DNA of 64,000 nt from an uncultured virus (IMG/VR IMGVR_UViG_3300025327_000013) (lineage: Duplodnaviria > Heunggongvirae > Uroviricota > Caudoviricetes), in the IMG/VR virus record IMGVR_UViG_3300025327_000013; one strand, 5' to 3'. The notes below the pieces were generated by a model that was not told the DNA's origin, searched no databases, and worked only from the letters and a program-made list of their open reading frames with translations. Of this stretch, positions 51,981 through 61,820 are shown piece after piece. Position 1 is the first letter of the stretch. Every line of letters begins with the position of its first letter. Both the position numbers and the translations under genes were made by a program.

Positions 51981-52883
51981 TCATGCGCTCTTCCTTCTCT
52001 TCTTTTCCACAGCGGCCTCCATCTTCACGGGCGGCTTACTCACTGATGGCGGTTCTCCATTGATTTGACGTTTGTTCTTGATAGACGTTACGCTACCCTG
52101 GAGCAAGGCCATGAGATCGGCGTTCTCCGTCACGAGTGGCGTGGGTGGCAGACCCTCGGGCATCGGCAGACCTTGTTCCCGCGCATCTTTGAGTGTCTCG
52201 ACGCGAGCAAGAAAGGTATCGCCTGCCATCTCCTTCATCCACATGGGCTGGAACTCGCATCGGAGTGCGTCGATCAACTGTTTGCCGAGCAGACGCTCCT
52301 GATTGGTGAACTCTGTCTTGGTGAGCTCGACCTTCGCTTGATCGGCGTAGGTCCGGAGTTCGGCTGGAAAAAATGCGTCGAACAAAATGAGCGTTTCGTC
52401 GCCAGCTTTCAGGATGCCGCGTTTATCTCGTCCGTGACCGTAGTAACTGACAATGGCGGCGAGGTTCTCCTGTTTCATGGTTTCGTAGAGGAGCAGAAAC
52501 ATCCGAAGCGTCGTCCGGTCTACCGGCCCGACGAAATTCGATGGGCCAAGCCAGATCGGATCCACCGTATCGAAGTTCACGAAACCGCGGACTTCCATAC
52601 CCTTGCTTTTTTCCGCCTGCAACGATGCAATTTCCTCAGGCGTGAAGAGCAGATACGTACCGTCGGCTTTCTTCCAGCCTTTGACTTCTTGATCCTTTGG
52701 CACCTCGATGAGGCAGGCCTTGCATCGCTTGAACTGACTGAGCGGGGCCTCGGTACCCTTCTCGGCGCACGCCCGATGCAGGTTAACGAGTTCCGTCGAA
52801 GCGTTCCGTGCTGCTGGGTAAATTTTCACAGGTAACGTTATCAGGCCAAGTTGGATCACTGCGTTGGGGGTCGGTGCAGTCAT
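51981..52883 (-). CDS. ku: Ku DNA end-binding protein
   Basis: QLGLITLPVKIYPA, LH..C, VKGW, VDPIW, DLMALLQGSV, basic tail; start placed at the ATG after GAAAGG. Confidence 0.88.
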   Translation of the reverse strand: MTAPTPNAVIQLGLITLPVKIYPAARNASTELVNLHRACAEKGTEAPLSQFKRCKACLIEVPKDQEVKGWKKADGTYLLFTPEEIASLQAEKSKGMEVRGFVNFDTVDPIWLGPSNFVGPVDRTTLRMFLLLYETMKQENLAAIVSYYGHGRDKRGILKAGDETLILFDAFFPAELRTYADQAKVELTKTEFTNQERLLGKQLIDALRCEFQPMWMKEMAGDTFLARVETLKDAREQGLPMPEGLPPTPLVTENADLMALLQGSVTSIKNKRQINGEPPSVSKPPVKMEAAVEKKRRKSA

Positions 52884-53202
52884 GTGGTGTACCTTTCTGC
52901 GGCTTGATGGCCGCTTTAGAACGTTCGGCGCATCTGTTGTAATTCTAGGTGACGGAGATCGACAGTCCGAACATAGGTTCCAAGGCGCGTGTGGCCGAGG
53001 CATCCGAATTCACGGCCCGTACGAACCGCCTTGACGTCGGACGTTGCCGGTCCCATGTCATACTCATGCACCAGTACGATGGCTGCGTCCTGTTCTGGCG
53101 CATCTCCCCATAGGATGACACCCATCTTCGTGCAGACTCCGAGATCTTTATTCTCTGGATATCGTTGATCCCACCATCGGCAACTTCCGCACAGGTCCGC
53201 TG

Positions 53203-53859
53203 TCATGCCGCCTCGTCTTTCTTTGTCTCGACGTTCGGCATCGGCTTCGGATTGTAAATCCGCATCGGCATCACGACGGCAATTGCTTCATGGTTGGCAT
53301 CCTTCCAGTCCACGCGGACAGGAAACGTGGAATCGTAGAACGTGAACTCGACGAGCGGTTGCCGGCCACAGTCAAACTGTGTGATGTACTTGCAGACGGC
53401 AATGAGTAGATGCGGATTGATGCCGATCGAGAATTTACCGTCCTCTTTCTTAGGGATGATAGCATCAGCATTCGGGAACGTGCCCTCGAACGGCTTCATC
53501 GTGAGGATCTGTGGCGTCTCGAGGTCTGTGGTTCCGAGTACGATGAAATCATTCTCGGCGTTCTGCCGGAGCTGGGCATTGTCCAGAATAGGAATGCGAC
53601 TATGTTTCGGAAGTGCCTTGATTGTCCGTGCGGCGATGTCCGCATGGATGAAGGCCTCCGGTGGTTGCTTGGTGTCTGGGAGAATATTTGGAAATTCTTT
53701 CTCATCCAATTCATCAGTCCGCGTCACGCGTACGAGGACATGACCATTGGTTGCTTCGACTGCCTTATCCTTCACGTGGAGATGGGTTATATTATAGCGA
53801 CCTTCGTCCTTCGAGCAGAGTGCGGCGGCAGCGAGTTGCACGCGAGAGAGCAGGCTCAT
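53203..53859 (-). CDS. DNA polymerase III beta-clamp-like protein (partial fold)
   Basis: EATNGHVL, GTFPNADAIIP, INPHLL, VVMPMR; 218 aa, shorter than DnaN. Confidence 0.65.
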   Translation of the reverse strand: MSLLSRVQLAAAALCSKDEGRYNITHLHVKDKAVEATNGHVLVRVTRTDELDEKEFPNILPDTKQPPEAFIHADIAARTIKALPKHSRIPILDNAQLRQNAENDFIVLGTTDLETPQILTMKPFEGTFPNADAIIPKKEDGKFSIGINPHLLIAVCKYITQFDCGRQPLVEFTFYDSTFPVRVDWKDANHEAIAVVMPMRIYNPKPMPNVETKKDEAA

Positions 53860-54058
53860 GCTTCGTTGTCCTCCCTTAATTTGGTGAGCGTCAATGTAAT
53901 CGGTTCTCCTATCCTAAACTCGCCGGCATCGGCGTAGGACATGGATAGCGCTGGGCGCGTGATAGTTCCATCGAGTTGGATGCGAACGAGTGCGCGTTTC
54001 GGATCGCGCTGATCATGGACGATTTCGTAAATGGTGCCGAGCATCTTCATCGTGTGTC

Positions 54059-54955
54059 CTATACCGCTTCAATGAATCGCTTACCTTTGAGCGTGACCAT
54101 CTCGTCGAGAGTTGACTGGATGCCAGCGAACTCCTTCGCAACGTACTCGCGGATACTGCGGTCCTCGCGAATCAGGTCCGGCGTCACATCACGCAGGATG
54201 GCTTGCGCTTGTTCGCCGAGCTTGGCCAACTCACCGTCGTCCACGATATTGCGCAGCGGAAGCGTCTCAAGGAATTCCGTGATGTTGTCCAGGAGTCCCT
54301 TGAACCTAGTATTCTTGCCGCCATCGGCTTTCACGGTTCTGGCGACCAACTTATCCACGAGTCCCTTCATATCCATCCGGAGCACGGTGAAAATGTCCTG
54401 CACGGCCGCCATCGTGTCGCTTGTGATTTTGCCCTTTTCCCTTTCGAGAAGATCATCGCGTACCTTTGCGAGGGTTTCCGGTGCTCCGTACGCGATATAT
54501 CGAGAGGTAATGTAGAAGTCGCTCAGAAATTCCTCAACAGGCGGATAGTCCGCTGGATTGAAGAGGCCGTTCTGCGCGACTTTGGCTTCCTCGATACGCG
54601 TAGGATACATGCGCTGGACTTCGGCCAGCAATGCTGGCATGTCAGCCTGTGCCTGCGTGATCAGTTTCTCCGTACGCAGAATGGTGTCGATGGCCATCAG
54701 ATACGTGCCATCACCCAGTGGGGATGGGAGCGCAAGTTTCTTGACGTCCGTGCGGAGTTTGTCTTGCCGCTTGATAGCTTTCGTGACCTCTGGAGACTTC
54801 AAGAGTTGTCGGGTTGCAGCGGTCCAACCCTGCTCTGCGTCGACCTGATATTGATCCGCGCGGAGCTTGGCCCGGTTACCTGGTTTGCCGATGGTGAGCT
54901 TCAATATTACGGCACGCGAGAAAATGTCACTTGGATTCTCAATCAGCGTACTCAT
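54059..54955 (-). CDS. DUF3150-like protein
   Basis: LKLTIG..G..AKL...RQLL...ALP...GTYL pattern followed by helical region; family call from recall. Confidence 0.5.
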   Translation of the reverse strand: MSTLIENPSDIFSRAVILKLTIGKPGNRAKLRADQYQVDAEQGWTAATRQLLKSPEVTKAIKRQDKLRTDVKKLALPSPLGDGTYLMAIDTILRTEKLITQAQADMPALLAEVQRMYPTRIEEAKVAQNGLFNPADYPPVEEFLSDFYITSRYIAYGAPETLAKVRDDLLEREKGKITSDTMAAVQDIFTVLRMDMKGLVDKLVARTVKADGGKNTRFKGLLDNITEFLETLPLRNIVDDGELAKLGEQAQAILRDVTPDLIREDRSIREYVAKEFAGIQSTLDEMVTLKGKRFIEAV

Positions 54956-55143
54956 GCGTACGTGTACCTTTCTGCGGCACTATGCCGCGGTGTGACATAA
55001 ATGCTGCAAATAGTACATCTTCTTGATCCCAGCAGGAATAACTATTGATTACTACTTCACCTTTCGCGTTGCCTCGTTCTACGTGGAGGTTTTCCACTCC
55101 AATTTCCTGAAGAATGCGCCGCGCTGTTTCAGTGGTCATTCCT

Positions 55144-55365
55144 TTATCCGTGTTGCTGTTCGTGAGTATGGCTGGGGCTCTGTTCCTGCCCCTCATGTCC
55201 TTGCGCTTCGCGCACCTCCTCCCCGCCGAGTTTCTGTTTCAGGATTTCGAAGAAGCCCTCAGCATTAGAATGATTTACTCCAGAAATTTCACCTGTGATA
55301 CTTTTTATTGTGCCATCACGTAATACAGTAACTACGATACGATCGGTTTTCTGTTCCATGTCCAT
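55144..55365 (-). CDS. DUF2997-like small protein
   Basis: IVVTVLRDGTIKSITGEISG...LGGE; downstream of AAA and DUF1257-like genes. Confidence 0.55.
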   Translation of the reverse strand: MDMEQKTDRIVVTVLRDGTIKSITGEISGVNHSNAEGFFEILKQKLGGEEVREAQGHEGQEQSPSHTHEQQHG

Positions 55366-55904
55366 CCCCTTTTTGTTCGTGGTTGTTTAGTTCGATGATA
55401 ACGTGCAAGTTGTATTTTTTTAGTACAGGTGGAGCATTCTCGACTACCTTTGTTATTTACACGGTCGTACAAGTGGCCTCTTGGGCAGTGTGTTTTTTTA
55501 GCGTTGATAGCAGTTGGTCCAATGCCACGCAAAATATTTACGCGTTTAGTTACCTTTTCCATGTGATCTGGTCTGACGCAGATTGCCACTCGACAGAGGT
55601 GGTCTGGCTCATATCCCGGTTCTATTGGCCCGTATGCCTGAACGAAGGACCACGTGTGGGCTTTAACGTGTTTTCGTTTTCCTTTGAGCCAAAAGTGACC
55701 GTACTTGTGTCCCGATCTGCCTGCTAGGTGACCTGTCCAGAGCCAGCATGTCTCTGTTTTATTGACAAAGAACCAGAATCGTTCTTCCTCGGAGAGACCA
55801 CGCGGAGCCTTGCGATAGCGTCTCACTACCCTGATTTTATCCGGTCCCACCATGGGGTTTTGCATTTCGGACACAGTCTTACCTCCCGTTGCCGTGGAAT
55901 CCAC
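55332..55904 (-). CDS. HNH homing endonuclease with C-terminal zinc finger
   Basis: RFW..V.KTETCWLWTG, DHLCRVAICVRPDHM, KTHCPRGH; start uncertain. Confidence 0.85.
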   Translation of the reverse strand: MDSTATGGKTVSEMQNPMVGPDKIRVVRRYRKAPRGLSEEERFWFFVNKTETCWLWTGHLAGRSGHKYGHFWLKGKRKHVKAHTWSFVQAYGPIEPGYEPDHLCRVAICVRPDHMEKVTKRVNILRGIGPTAINAKKTHCPRGHLYDRVNNKGSRECSTCTKKIQLARYHRTKQPRTKRGWTWNRKPIVS

Positions 55905-56008
55905 GTATGCTTACACCGTAAGCACTTAAGGCTGATGAGGACGTTCGCGTTCCTCATAGGTATACCTATAGGCTTACTCTTGGCCTTTGTCAAGTGTTTC
56001 TTTTCCAT
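55826..56008 (-). CDS. small zinc-ribbon protein
   Basis: CLRCKHTWIPRQREVRLCPKCKTPWW. Confidence 0.6.
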   Translation of the reverse strand: MEKKHLTKAKSKPIGIPMRNANVLISLKCLRCKHTWIPRQREVRLCPKCKTPWWDRIKSG

Positions 56009-56358
56009 CAGAACACCTCACGTTCGAGCACGCACTCCGGCTGGCCGATCTCGCTGAGGCTCCACTCAACCGTGAAGCCGTTCGCTTCGGCGGATTCGTC
56101 GACGGACTGGACGGCTGCCATGACTCTGAGCTCGTTCGCCGCGGCACTGAGTTCTTCGGTACTCACGCGGTCGTACCGGGAGCCGCTGGACTCGATACGA
56201 TCCTTCGTAACGGTGATTTGCCGACCGCGTATTGTCGTGGTAATCTGTCCATTGCGCTCGTTGAAGGTGATCTTCTTGGCCTTGAGCGCACGCTTGAGCA
56301 TATTACGATCTAGGTTCACCAGATTAATACTGGTACGCAAAACGGAATCGCATGGGAT
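56008..56358 (-). CDS. DUF1257/Ycf35-like protein, probable ATC start
   Basis: LKRALK...AVQSVDESAEANGFTV...G...VLER; GAGGAGG lies 8 nt before the in-frame ATC. Confidence 0.55.
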   Translation of the reverse strand: MPCDSVLRTSINLVNLDRNMLKRALKAKKITFNERNGQITTTIRGRQITVTKDRIESSGSRYDRVSTEELSAAANELRVMAAVQSVDESAEANGFTVEWSLSEIGQPECVLEREVF

Positions 56359-56376
56359 GGCTCAGCCCTCCTCGTG

Positions 56377-56393
56377 TGTCTGACTGTCAGACG
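56377..56393. promoter_or_regulatory. palindromic site copy 1 (TGTCTGACTGTCAGACG)
   Basis: Intergenic, directly upstream of an RBS. Confidence 0.65.
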
Positions 56394-56396
56394 GTG

Positions 56397-58016
56397 TTAA
56401 TTGTTGAGTGGATTCGTACGGCTCGGATTCTCTCCCACGATCTCCCGCGAGCCCTTGAGGGAGATCTTCAACTCTTCGTATTGATACGGGCCTGGCTTCG
56501 AAGCAGAGATGAATGCCCCGTGCGCCTCGCGTCGCAACGTATCAATCTTGTCTCTAGCACTCACGGAAATCGGCACAATGAGATCCTCGCATTCGATCAG
56601 CGGCCGATTGAGCCGATAGGACAGCATGGCACACGAGCGGATTTCTCGTCCCGTCCATCCTTCGTCGTTAGGCATTGACTGCTTGGCCTTGAGGTTGAAC
56701 TTGTCAATGTAAACCTTCCAGATGTCCGCACGTTCGTCGGCTCCTGGCAAGTCGAAGAACCACTTACCCAGCCAGCACCGGCTCTGAAACTCTGGTGTGA
56801 AGTTGAACGTGTTTGCGGTGAAGGCAAAGAGTGGCCGGCTGTCTGACACGGCGTCGATGATGCGAAAGAACTGAAGCAGGTTTGCCATCGACGATCCCAC
56901 GAGGCTGGATTTCATGGCGGACATATTGACTAGGAGCACGATGATCTTGCCTCCGGGGGCCATATTCCCGAGTGCCTTGAGATTGACGCTCTTGCCTGAT
57001 CCACCTGGGCCGAGAAAGATCATGCCGGGAATGTCGCGGTCCTGCATCTCAGCGAGGAGCGCTCCGTGCTGCTCCTGGCTAACGCCGGATAGATCCCCGG
57101 CACCAGCTCCGGCGGTCTTCTCCGCTTCGTCGAAGATGGCGACGCAGCGAAACGGGTCCTTGCCGCTGAGCAGATCAAGTTCAAATTTCTGGACGTTGTC
57201 CTGTCCCTTGAGCATGTCAAACGTCTCGCCGCCATTCCAGACCTTGACGCCAGGGATATTCTCGATGAACTGGCACTTGCGTTTCCAGAGTCCGCCGATA
57301 TTGAACCCAGCCGTGGAGAGATTCATGGCGGTCGACTGATCCACCGCAAAGGCAGACAGGCCTCCGGTCACGTCGATCACGCGTTCGATGACTGCCGGCT
57401 CAGGACGCTCGAGCGCTGGCGCACCGGCCTTTTTCTGTCCTTCGTTGAAGTATCCGATCTCGGCGTTAATGATCTTGAGGCGCGTATCTCGGTTGGGTAG
57501 GGGCTCATCCAAGAGCAGGATATCGTGCGTAAGCTGCATGGGTAGTTTGAGAATTGGCGCTAAGAGCAGCGCCATGCGGCCATCTTGCTTGAACTCCTCC
57601 CGAAGATTCCAAAATCCCTGTGCAACGGTCAAATCGTCGATGATCCGGTGTGTATTGAGCACGAACCACATGGTTCCCGGAGGGATCCTGGCCGCGATCT
57701 TGAGCATGTCGGTCGGCTTGGTTGTGAGTTTCTCGATCTGAGGTCCAGTCGGCTTCTCCCGATCAATATTAGGGAACATTCCGACGACCGCAGCCTCGCT
57801 TTGTGCTCCCAACCCGGTGAGCCCGCCCATGATATCCCACCGCATAAAAAGCGGCTGTGGAAGCTTTTGCTTGCCGTTTGCATTCTCTTTCCACTTGGCG
57901 AGGAACGCCTGGACGATACCGTCCATCGTCTCTAGTGGATCCTGCGTATTGACGCCGACTAATGGCGTGCTGACGCGCTTTGCGTCGAGCAACTGCACCA
58001 GAAAATCGCTAGGCAT
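56397..58016 (-). CDS. Ycf46-like AAA+ ATPase with swapped Walker A/Walker B blocks
   Basis: CVAIFDEAEK precedes GPGGSGKS; SLVGSS, TAN and FFDLP...ER follow. Confidence 0.85.
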   Translation of the reverse strand: MPSDFLVQLLDAKRVSTPLVGVNTQDPLETMDGIVQAFLAKWKENANGKQKLPQPLFMRWDIMGGLTGLGAQSEAAVVGMFPNIDREKPTGPQIEKLTTKPTDMLKIAARIPPGTMWFVLNTHRIIDDLTVAQGFWNLREEFKQDGRMALLLAPILKLPMQLTHDILLLDEPLPNRDTRLKIINAEIGYFNEGQKKAGAPALERPEPAVIERVIDVTGGLSAFAVDQSTAMNLSTAGFNIGGLWKRKCQFIENIPGVKVWNGGETFDMLKGQDNVQKFELDLLSGKDPFRCVAIFDEAEKTAGAGAGDLSGVSQEQHGALLAEMQDRDIPGMIFLGPGGSGKSVNLKALGNMAPGGKIIVLLVNMSAMKSSLVGSSMANLLQFFRIIDAVSDSRPLFAFTANTFNFTPEFQSRCWLGKWFFDLPGADERADIWKVYIDKFNLKAKQSMPNDEGWTGREIRSCAMLSYRLNRPLIECEDLIVPISVSARDKIDTLRREAHGAFISASKPGPYQYEELKISLKGSREIVGENPSRTNPLNN

Positions 58017-58254
58017 GTCTCCCTTCCTCTGTGGATGGTGTGTTGACTTCTATTACCGCTGCCGCTTCCGCCTCACTCCGTGTCTTGTACGGACCTGCAA
58101 GTGGCGTGTATCCGCGACCTTCGCGCTCGTTCACTACCCACCAGCCACCGATCGGCCAACGCTTGGCGGAACCATGTTCGGGCCATTCGATGATCTTCCG
58201 TTGAGGTTGCATCGTTCTCCTTTCTGAGTTTCAGATTTATGTTACCGTTACAAT

Positions 58255-59055
58255 ATGACTGATGGTCAGGTGCCCTACAAGGGTTCTCCTGCTGACGTAA
58301 TTAGACAGAGCCGTGGAAACGTAATTATGCGTGGCGGTGATGCCGGTGACCTGACCGCCGAGGACTGGACGGCCATTCTTGTCCTCTACCAGAACACCTG
58401 CGCATATTGTCGGGCTCCGCTGCTTCTCGATGCGCCGCCCAAGCATCCTCGAAAAGCCACCATTGATCATGTTGTCTCGCTCACGCAAGGCGGACAGCAT
58501 ACGAAGGAAAATGTTCGGCCGAGCTGCTGGCGGTGCAATTCGAGGAAAGGGGAGCGCTTCATCGCGCCGCTGGCTCCTCCCGGAATGCCAAAATTGTCTG
58601 ACGGTCAGACACCATTGCCTGACGCCGGGCCTCTCGTAAAAAAACTCTTTACCCCGATCACCGACACTCATAAGACGATGATCATCGATCTTCGGCATAC
58701 CGGCGCCTCGATCAGTGAGATTATGAGATCTACTGGATTGACATTTAATCAGATCGCTCATGCTTTATCGCAACTCCAAAAAGCTGGGAAAGTCCCAATC
58801 ATAGGCCGCGGTAGACGTTCTAAGGCGGATCTCCGAGCGCGTGGTAAAGAAGTTCTAAGCACCGGTTGGGGTCTCCCGTCTTCACTCGGTGAAAAGAAGG
58901 CTATTGCCATTGAGATGCTCAGGGCTAACAGACCGTATATAGAAATAGCTCAAGCTGTTAGCAGCTCGACGTCGGTTATCGCATATCTTGCTAAGATGGA
59001 AGGGCTCCAACGTCGAAAGCTCAGGGCCATAGGTCGTATATACCCGTGTACGTAG
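58255..59055 (+). CDS. HNH endonuclease domain fused to two HTH-like domains
   Basis: CAYC...TIDHVVSLTQGGQHTKENV..CWRCNSRKG; ASISEIMRSTGL and PYIEIAQAVSSS; start uncertain. Confidence 0.75.
   Translation: MTDGQVPYKGSPADVIRQSRGNVIMRGGDAGDLTAEDWTAILVLYQNTCAYCRAPLLLDAPPKHPRKATIDHVVSLTQGGQHTKENVRPSCWRCNSRKGERFIAPLAPPGMPKLSDGQTPLPDAGPLVKKLFTPITDTHKTMIIDLRHTGASISEIMRSTGLTFNQIAHALSQLQKAGKVPIIGRGRRSKADLRARGKEVLSTGWGLPSSLGEKKAIAIEMLRANRPYIEIAQAVSSSTSVIAYLAKMEGLQRRKLRAIGRIYPCT
58595..58611. promoter_or_regulatory. palindromic site copy 2 (TGTCTGACGGTCAGACA)
   Basis: Perfect 8-1-8 palindrome inside the HNH-HTH gene. Confidence 0.55.
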
Positions 59056-61293
59056 CTTGTAATCTCCACTGGCCGCCGAAAAGTCTGCAAGGCGCAGATC
59101 ATTGGCCGGGGTCGACGGAAGAAGGCGCAGCCCTGAAATTCGCCACGATACCTATGTAGTCGCAATCATCGGCATCACACTGACAGTACGAATCGTTATT
59201 CCATTCAAGGTCTCCATATGATGCAGGATTAGATCCTGCATCATGGAACATAATAAGCGTGGAGATGCTGATAGTAAAGGGTTCAAAGCTTCCACACTTC
59301 GGGCACTGCATCCCTGCGAGACAGTTCGTATTCATCTTACTCTACCTCTTGATCTGTCTTCGTTCCCTCAGCTATGCGAAGGTTAGCGAGGGCTTCGCCC
59401 CATATCCTGATTGCCTCGAAGAGCATCTCTCCTGGCGTTTCTGGAAGGTCAGATACATACGAACTACAGTCTTCCTCCGTGACCGCCTTGGTAGACTTAA
59501 GAACCTCGACGAGATCCTTCCACTTCTCCCACTCGTATTCCGATGGCTTCATACGATCTCCTTCACGCTCCAATGAGCCGCTCAAGCACATTCTGGAGCT
59601 CGTCCACGGATTGCGAGAGCATCTCGCAGGCTTCGAGGGTCCGTAGCAGCATGTCGCGGAGTATCTCTGCCGGGATGTCGGGCTCCGATGCGAGGAGCCG
59701 GCGCGTTGATGCGAGGGTCTGATACAGTTCGACGCTGTCTGGCCTTACCATGACTTTGTGTCCTGTTTTACAAACAACTTCAATTTGAAGTGCGCTCGTA
59801 CGGTATTCGGATGAATAGGCGGTTTCACCTTCCGCATGGCATCGCAAACCGCTTCGAAGGCCAGAATTACGCCGTCACTATCAACTTGACAGAAGCATCC
59901 GCAGGGCATTCTTACCATGACCAGCATCCCACGCGAACGATCTCGCTGAGGCTGGCGCAGCGATCGGCGAGCAGCGTAGCGCGGAACCAGAGCCCGAAGA
60001 CGATGGCCAGACAAAGTCCGATAATGCCGCCGGCGAATATGTGGTTGACGATAGATAGCTTCACGGCCAGTACCGGCACAGGCAATCTTGAATGCGTTCG
60101 CCGCAATGTGGGCAGGTTTCGTAGCTAGGCATCGTCCATCTCGACTAACTCGGTTTCGTTAGCAAGTTCGTTCTTACACAGTCCCGTGTAAATGATAATC
60201 TGTCCGTAGTTATCACGCCCGAATGCAGCATTGCTGAGGATTGTGCCGATTGCTGCCTTGAGTTGATCGTAGGTCATTACTCGTCGACCTCGTCGATGAC
60301 AGATGAGCAGAACAGGTCGTCCGTAATTGGAGCCGTGATATTGATTAGCATGGCCTGGGCCTGCTCAGCGTCTCGCAGAGTAGAGAAATCGTAACACGTG
60401 TCCGGTGGGCTGTTACCATCCCGCCAGTCCTGATTCACGGTTAGTCGATAGATGGTCATTGAGCCTCCTTGTATTTTACGCTGTTCGTCCCTTGCAGCCC
60501 ATTCGGCAGATTTGCTCATGCTACTCTCCTACAATGCGCTTCCGAACGAAACACGACCAGCCCATTCTCGCGGCGCTCGAGGTGATACAGCATCGTGCCG
60601 CGTGGCGGAAGTACGATCCCGCGTTCAGCGAGTACCGTGGCAAGGCGTTTCGGGACGTCACCGCGGATGATCGTATGGGCTTCCGATGGATTCAACTCTA
60701 TCTTCTTATTGCCGACTTCGAGGACGTGGACAAGCGCGGTCATGATGTGCCTCCCTGCTGGCGCGTGGCCAGCGGTGTTGAGAAGCATCCAATAGATAGC
60801 GGTTAGATGCAAGATAAATCTGACCTACTACTTGTGGTGTGTGACAGACGCTACTCCACGACTGGCTGCGGTTTCTCCGTCGGGGCCGATGATCTTCGCA
60901 ATGCGTCGAAGGTGCGCGATCCACTTTGCATCGCACCGACACGGCCTTTTTGTGTGCTCTGTGCACGGGCCGTAATTGCCTCTTCCGAGGTAATTCATCT
61001 TCGAGAACAGTGCGGCAGAGATCTCGATCCAATCGTCACGGGTCAGCGTGATAGCTGTTTTTGCCATTACAGGATGATCTCCACTGTATCCGCGGGTTCT
61101 CCTCCATTGACGGAGTAGGTTTCACTTGTCCACGTAGCCCCGAGTCGCTCACAAAGATCGTCTATCTCAGGGGCGAGATCGGCATATGCCGCCTGCGGAT
61201 CGTCGGTCTGGAGTGTAATGGACAGCGTGATGGTAGTCATGGGCTGGCCTTTCTGGTGAGTGGGTGCATTGCACGTGGACTACTGCCGCGCAT

Positions 61294-61310
61294 CGTCTGA
61301 CAGTCAGACA
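61294..61310. promoter_or_regulatory. palindromic site copy 3 (reverse complement of copy 1)
   Basis: CGTCTGACAGTCAGACA in an intergenic gap. Confidence 0.65.
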
Positions 61311-61322
61311 GCGGAATGCGAA

Positions 61323-61820
61323 TTACGTCTGCTCTCGTGGGGCCATGACCTTGCCTGGCTGACCAGGGAAATTCTCGACGATGAGTGAGGGCGCCCACTC
61401 GCGTTCAACGAAACGTGTAGCCGCTTCGGCATCCCATCCACCCTCGCTGCGATGTTGGTCCCAGTAGTCACCGTTCAGAATTAGATAAGCTATCAAGTCG
61501 GCCTTGGTCGTAAAGACGGGCGTGACAGGGGTTCCCTCGCTAACTGTTTCGTATACCTGATATGCTGTCGCCTCTTCAATCGTCCACCGCCGTACGCGAT
61601 AGTACTCGGGATCAGGTGGGGAATCCTCTTCCCAGTAATACTGAGAGTATTTCGTAGGTTTGAATGTCTTGAATGCCTGTATCCATTTCTGGGCTGCTGT
61701 GTAATAATCCTCGTCGTACAGTGGATGATCTGTACCAATGTCTTTCGTGCTCTTGGCATTGTCCTTCGTCCACTTCGGATGAATCCAATCCGGTGGTACA
61801 CGCCGAATCTCACGTCCCAT
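61323..61820 (-). CDS. hypothetical phage protein
   Basis: MGREIRRVPPDW...YQVYETVSEGTPVTPVF; AAGGGG RBS. Confidence 0.65.
   Translation of the reverse strand: MGREIRRVPPDWIHPKWTKDNAKSTKDIGTDHPLYDEDYYTAAQKWIQAFKTFKPTKYSQYYWEEDSPPDPEYYRVRRWTIEEATAYQVYETVSEGTPVTPVFTTKADLIAYLILNGDYWDQHRSEGGWDAEAATRFVEREWAPSLIVENFPGQPGKVMAPREQT

Noticed and set aside
55932..55957. CTGATGA followed by a hairpin, hammerhead-like
   Set aside because: No GAAA after the stem and no stems I/III
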